A DNA stretch of 63,581 nt, the filler included, from Pelomyxa schiedti (Eukaryota; Protista; Evosea), in assembly GCA_020536535.1 (NCBI GenBank). It is 13 parts of 13 records of this genome, joined end to end, with 100 filler letters (N's around TTAATTAATTAA, not from the genome) between each part and the next. Parts side by side here need not be neighbours in the genome. Positions count along the whole stretch, not along the records: positions 58,504 to 59,592 come from JAHLWZ010002855.1; positions 59,693 to 63,581 come from JAHLWZ010001666.1; 11 more parts are not named here. One strand, written 5' to 3'. The translations under genes were made by a program, and so were the position numbers. The stretch's first letter is position 1. Each line of letters begins with the position of its first letter. The notes below the pieces were generated by a model. It saw nothing but the letters and a program-made list of their open reading frames with translations. It was not told the DNA's origin and did not search any database. Positions 58,761 to 63,581 of the stretch are shown piece after piece.

Positions 58761-59199
58761 CCCGCACAGTCCTGGTGAGCACTTTTACACCCCGGTTTTT
58801 GCCCGTTTTAGCAACAATTTTCTTCTCAACTCGGTCTTTTCTAAGTGTTATTTCGGTGTAGCGCAAGGGGTAAAACTCTCGTTCATCAGCAGAAAGGGTG
58901 GAGGTTCCAAATCCATGTGTGCCAGAAAAAAGAGTGGCAGGGGTGCCAATCGGCTTGTGTTTTATTGCTAGGTCTGGAATCCTCTACCATTCTACAAAAA
59001 ATGAATGCTTGAAGTGGAACTCGAACCGCAGGATCTTGGCATGAAGAATAACGGTTTTAACACTTGTGCCAAAGGAAACAAGAAGAAAAGGGTTCAGTGA
59101 TGACGGTTTTAACCCCACAGAGAGACGGATTGAAGAAGAAAATCGTTGCTAAAACGGGCAAAAACCGGGGTGTAAAAGTGCTCACCAGGACTGTGCAGG
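58761..59199. mobile_element. Non-autonomous TIR element (MITE), 439 bp, about 75-bp TIRs, ATAT target-site duplication
   Basis: CCCGCACAGTCCTGGTGAGCACTTTTACACCCCGGTTTTTGCCCGTTTTAGCAAC.. is inverted at about 59123-59199; ATAT at 58757-60 and 59200-03; removing it restores the host reading frame. Confidence 0.9.
58996..59075 (-). ncRNA. tRNA-like Pol III cassette (A box, B box, T6) inside the MITE
   Basis: Minus strand TGGCACAAGTGTTA, about 30 nt, GGTTCGAGTTCC, then TTTTTT. Stems do not form a proper cloverleaf, so not a functional tRNA. Confidence 0.5.
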
Positions 59200-59692
59200 A
59201 TATGGCGATCACAAGTCTGGAGTTTCCTTTGCAAAATCCTCACTTGTTCCTGCATAAACAATGATGAGTTAACTCAACTCAGTGGAAAATCTAATCTCGT
59301 TCACACCTCCGAATGAATGTTACCACCTCCAATGTCGTAGCACATCCCAGATTTTGTTTCTTGGAACCCATTCCCTTGAAAAGTTCCAAGAAGTGTCATT
59401 CCTGGTTTGGCAGAAAGTTTAGCTTTGCCCTGCCCAGAATCAGCATTTTCTGTGAAAGTGCCAGTGAACTAATCACCATTTGGCCACCTCTTGGTGCCTG
59501 ACTTGATGGTCCCCATCAGCCAAACACCATCAGTTGAGGTACCATCACGTGCCCACGTTTTCGTGCCTGTGCCATGCTCCTTACCACTCAACNNNNNNNN
59601 NNNNNNNNNNNNNNNNNNNNNNNNNNNNNNNNNNNNTTAATTAATTAANNNNNNNNNNNNNNNNNNNNNNNNNNNNNNNNNNNNNNNNNNNN

Positions 59693-62600
59693 AAAGCCAG
59701 CCCCCAATGCCTCTTCTGATTTATTCTATCCTCATCATATTAGATTTACCATCACTTCTTCCCGTGCTCAAAACGAGTGTGGAAGGATCATCAGTCATTG
59801 ACATTAAGTGGATGGCTCCCCCAACTATTCAATCTCTTTTTCGGGTTCTTTCAGGGTACAATGATGATGGAGGTATTCAAGAAGAGGCAATTCGGGTATG
59901 GGTGAAGGCTGGGAATTGGGGTGCTGTGAGAGAGGCTCTCTATGAAACAGTGCACAACGTGGGAGTTTATTATCCACGAAAAATCTCTCACCCAAGAGCT
60001 CCCATTGGTGGGATGACAATCGAGCAAGCCCACAACAAAAGAATTGTTGTTGTAGGGAGATCCCGTGCTCTAAAAACGGGATTGCTGGAATGGCTGATGG
60101 AGAAAAAACCCAAAACAAAGGTGAAGTTCCGCACTGCCAAGTCAGAAACAACCGGTTCTCCTCCAGTCGTAAAAGTCCACAAATCCTTCAAACCGCCGCG
60201 GAAGGGGTCTTTTTTACCTACTTGGACATCATGGGAATTAGGTTTGCGAAAAATCTGCATGCAACAATCCTTGTCCTAATGTAACACCAACAAAAGGGAG
60301 TGACCAGGACTGGGACCCATTTTACCCTTGCTTCTTTTTCAGTGATTCCATATTCATGCTTGTCTTTGATTGTTCGCCTACAAACCTTCCCCTGCCAATT
60401 CCCAAATTGCACTTCTGGCTCCATCATATTGTTGAATGCCACAACAGCAAGAGAGCCAGTTTTCGTTCTGGTCCCCCTGGTCCCAAGGTGATACTTATTG
60501 GATTTTATCCCAATGATTACTCCTGTGAAGCGGGCTTAAAAGGCTTCCTCTGCCCCCTCATCAGTCTCTGGAAATCGAGGATTTCTTTCTGTGGGTGCTT
60601 TGCAGTAAATTCAAGTGATCTGGGCCGTGGCCATTACTATAACCATCGGGCCTCAAAGGTAGACTTTGACAGCGATATTATAAGGTGCATCAGGGGTGCA
60701 CTTGAAAGCACCGCCACGGCCGCATACTATGTTCCACCAAGCTGGGTGAAGCTGCAAGCCGTACTGACCTCAATGGAAAAAACACACACTTATATTCCAA
60801 GATGGTCTCAGTTGTTCAGAATGGCACGTGAATGTGGAGTGGGGAGAATCACTGGAAAAGAAAGCCAGCACAATGAGCAAGAGGAAATGGGGATGTGCTT
60901 TGACTGGTTGTTGGATGCAGGTTCCATTTTCCACTTTAAGCACAGATCTATCTCAGGAAAATCTTGTGGTTCAGTACGGGGCNNNNNNNNNNNNNNNNNN
61001 NNNNNNNNNNNNNNNNNNNNNNNNNNNNNNNNNNNNNNNNNNNNNNNNNNNNNNNNNNNNNNNNNNNNNNNNNNNNNNNNNNAAGCCAGCACAATGAGCA
61101 AGAGGAAATGGGGATGTGCTTTGACTGGTTGTTGGATGCAGGTTCCATTTTCCACTTTAAGCACAGATCTATCTCAGGAAAATCTTGTGGTTCAGTACGG
61201 GGCCTAGACAGTGAGATTGTGGTTTTGAATCCATCATGGTTCACTGAGGAGGCGACGTCGTTGGACACCCTTGAACAACTGCACACCTCAGTCCTTTCCC
61301 CTTGCACCTGCAATGGCACCCGCAATGACTCCGTTGTTGGTTCCTTCTGGGACATGAAGAAATTCAGAGCAATTCATGCCTGCGTTCTTCCATTTGGATT
61401 TCTCCCTGCCGAGGCATTTGCAACAGTCATATGTTCACTGTGCATCATCCCTGGTTCAACTCCAACGATGATTTGGAAGGATGGCCTATTGCTCTCCAAA
61501 TGCCTCCCCAATGATGGAAAAACTGAAGTGTTCCACCTGCTGATGAACCGTGTTGTTGACAAAGCCACACTGGACACACTAGTCGAGATCACAATGAAAA
61601 CAGTGTGCCCAGCGGGAAAAAAGAAAATCGACTGGAAGAACAACCCAATGACCTCTGCTCTTGATTTGCTCAGGAAAATTGCTTGCTTGACTGGGATCAC
61701 GTCACTGGATCCCTTGTTCGTTTGCCCTGAGTGCTGGGTGAAGAGCGACTTTGCACCAGACTGGGGATCAAGGTTTGGTTCTCCTTTGGGTGCAGGTCCC
61801 CACAGTTTCACCTCGCACAAAAAGATCATTGAAGCAGTGACGAAAAATAAAGATGCTGTTGTATCCTGCTGTGAGGAACATAAACGTGTGGAAGTTTCCC
61901 AAGTTGTTCCAGAAGATTTCATCATCCCTCCTACCATCAGCAGCAGTGACGCCACAAATGATGAAAAACCTGTCCCAGTGTTGTATTACAAGTATTCCTT
62001 TGATGATAGCGAGCCAGATCCGGAAGCTGTGAACTCCCTTTTCACACCAGAAGCCACCACATTGAGCCTCATTCCAGATCATGAGAAGGTGGCGAAGTTC
62101 TTTTGTTTGGCACTGCACAAGGGCACATCACTCTTGGGAAACATGGAGTCCACTCAGACATTTTGCCAGACTCCTCTCTTGCTTCCCGCAACGCTAAGAA
62201 CACAGCGAGCTGTGTCATTGGCAGAACTGCTAAAAGTTTTCTGCGTCGACTCTTCTTCTTGTTCTGTTAGGAACTTCCAACAAGGAAGAGCGTTGGAAGA
62301 AGTTCTTCCAATGCACCTGCGGGAACAGATATTGGATGATGTTGCACGGGGACTGGAGTACCTGCACAGCCAGTATCCCCCAATTGTCCATGGTGATGTT
62401 CACATTGGTTTGTTGAGTGCCCACTCTCTCTTCCTTGACGTATTCACAGGGAATGTGTTGATCACTTCCTTGGATCCGAATTTATCGGTCCCTTTGGCAA
62501 AGGTTTCTCCTCCCAATGTCATATGCAAAACCTCAACAATAGGAAGATCACACATGGGAGAATACCGGGTGAGTACGGGGAGAGTGGCACTGCAGAAACC

Positions 62601-63241
62601 CCAGAGTCCATAGTGCAAAAGACCCCCCTCATCAGCACTCATGGTGATGTGTGGAATTTCGGTATTTTGTCCCCACTCTCTATATGAAACACCATTTCCG
62701 TTCTCACGGTAACCACAAGGAATTCTTGTACACAACGTTGTTGCCCCACAATCCTTTGTTGCCCTCAAATCGGCACCAATCGGCAACCACAATTTTGGAC
62801 CCCCGGAATATTACCAACTGCTGAACATAGCTAACGCAATCAAACCCGGTAATTTCGCACCCCATTCCCCTTCCCATTCACAATCCCGTTCTGGCTCTCT
62901 CATTCACACCACCAGGATCCAAATTGAAGTGGAACTCACACCTCAAAAGGGTTGATAGGTTCCACGTTTGCAGTGCACTCGCTGGTGGCAAATTTGTTGT
63001 TGACATTGATCACTGCACCACCACATCTCCATCCCCATCATCATTGTCATCCTTATCCCCAGTCACCAAGAACAGGATCAGGAAGGCAACTGCAACAGTG
63101 CCTCCCAGTTACCCTTTGCCATTTTGGGCACACATGCTGATTTCGTGGTGCCTTGTTGCTGATCCGTTGGCCAGGCCTTCAATGACCGGCATCATCCGTG
63201 GTTGGGAATACATAAAATGGAAACTAAGCACAGGCCCATAA
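59693..63241 (+). CDS. Degenerate Roco protein (Roc-COR-pseudokinase), multi-exon, 5' partial
   Basis: RIVVVGRSRALKTGLL, WELG, FMLVFD..HFWL, VILIG; COR VPPSWVKL, WLLDAGSIFHF, IVVLNPSWF; kinase DVARGLEYLHSQYPPIVHGDVH, DVWNFG, CLVADPLARPSM. Confidence 0.85.
60862..61203. other. 100-N scaffold gap (60983-61082) flanked by an identical 121-bp duplication; assembly artefact
   Basis: 60862-60982 equals 61083-61203; merging the copies gives one continuous COR reading frame. Confidence 0.9.
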
Positions 63242-63581
63242 TTCAGCAGTGTCCAAGAGATCACTGCTGCCGCCTCTGAGAAAAGAGCAGGGCAAAAATT
63301 GGTGGTTCAACACCATCCATTTTAATTTCATTTCACTCCTTTGCTTCCCATTTTTGTTCACCAAAAACACAAATCATGATCAAATAAGTAAGGGTAGGGA
63401 GCGAACAACAATGCTTTGCATGTACACAAATCTATGCACACCTCAAAAAATAAATACAGGGTAGATGATTACCAGGTTTTTTCCTTTTGGCATGCATGGC
63501 CGCCACACGTTTGGGTTGTTGGCCGTCCAGCATACAAAGGGGCTGTGTGCTCGGTCGTGCGTGCTCGCTGTGGTGACGACA

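Larger units (their letters stand above)
58625..59592 (-). pseudogene. MORN/coiled-coil pseudogene interrupted by a MITE
   Basis: GKEHGTGTKTWARDGTSTDGVW..WPNGD*FTGTFT: TAG at 59469-59471 where the 42700 paralogue has AAG. After an intron EQVRILQRKLQTCDRH, insertion, then ISREEERRK. Confidence 0.85.

Noticed and set aside
58764-58772. CACAGT near the MITE ends as a Transib/RSS-like heptamer
   Set aside because: The motif is internal to the TIR and there is no 5-bp TSD at that boundary; the ATAT/TA boundary restores the host frame.
17979-59692. Recurring TTAATTAATTAA motif as a biological repeat or element boundary
   Set aside because: Always centred in exactly 44+44 N; a six-frame-stop contig linker. 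Gene neighbourhoods across linkers are meaningless.
60862-61203. 121-bp tandem duplication in the COR domain
   Set aside because: Exact copies flank a 100-N gap; unmerged scaffold overlap.

Overview
Eukaryotic (protist) genomic DNA, standard genetic code. The window is not one locus: it is 13 contig pieces joined by twelve artificial 100-bp linkers (44 N + TTAATTAATTAA + 44 N), plus one plain 100-N scaffold gap, so gene neighbourhoods are only meaningful within a piece. Very short GT-AG introns, dense gene packing, Roco proteins and the lineage-specific families point to an amoebozoan; they remind me of Pelomyxa-like Archamoebae (from memory, unverified). Conserved intron-rich genes: Hsp110/SSE1, Fab1/PIKfyve-like kinase without an obvious FYVE domain, an ELYS-like nucleoporin with the N-terminal beta-propeller, and an FHA-parvulin. 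Also present: two Roco genes, a Ubl-kinase, MORN genes, ankyrin-like genes and an intronless R-S-E ADP-ribosyltransferase. The most striking feature is two intronless head-to-tail arrays (family A, 24.4-34.4 kb; family B, 48.9-54.4 kb) of one uncharacterised superfamily. Members have an F-box-like N-terminal motif and a beta-rich body with near-identical framework blocks separated by hypervariable loops; copies are mosaic, and fragments and pseudogenes are interspersed. This looks like a diversifying receptor/adaptor repertoire (inference). Other oddities: a 439-bp MITE with an ATAT target duplication carrying a tRNA-like Pol III cassette, a second transposon terminus seen twice, a circularly permuted MORN contig, and an intron-containing gene that starts with a prokaryote/phage-like GFVSNSS motif.
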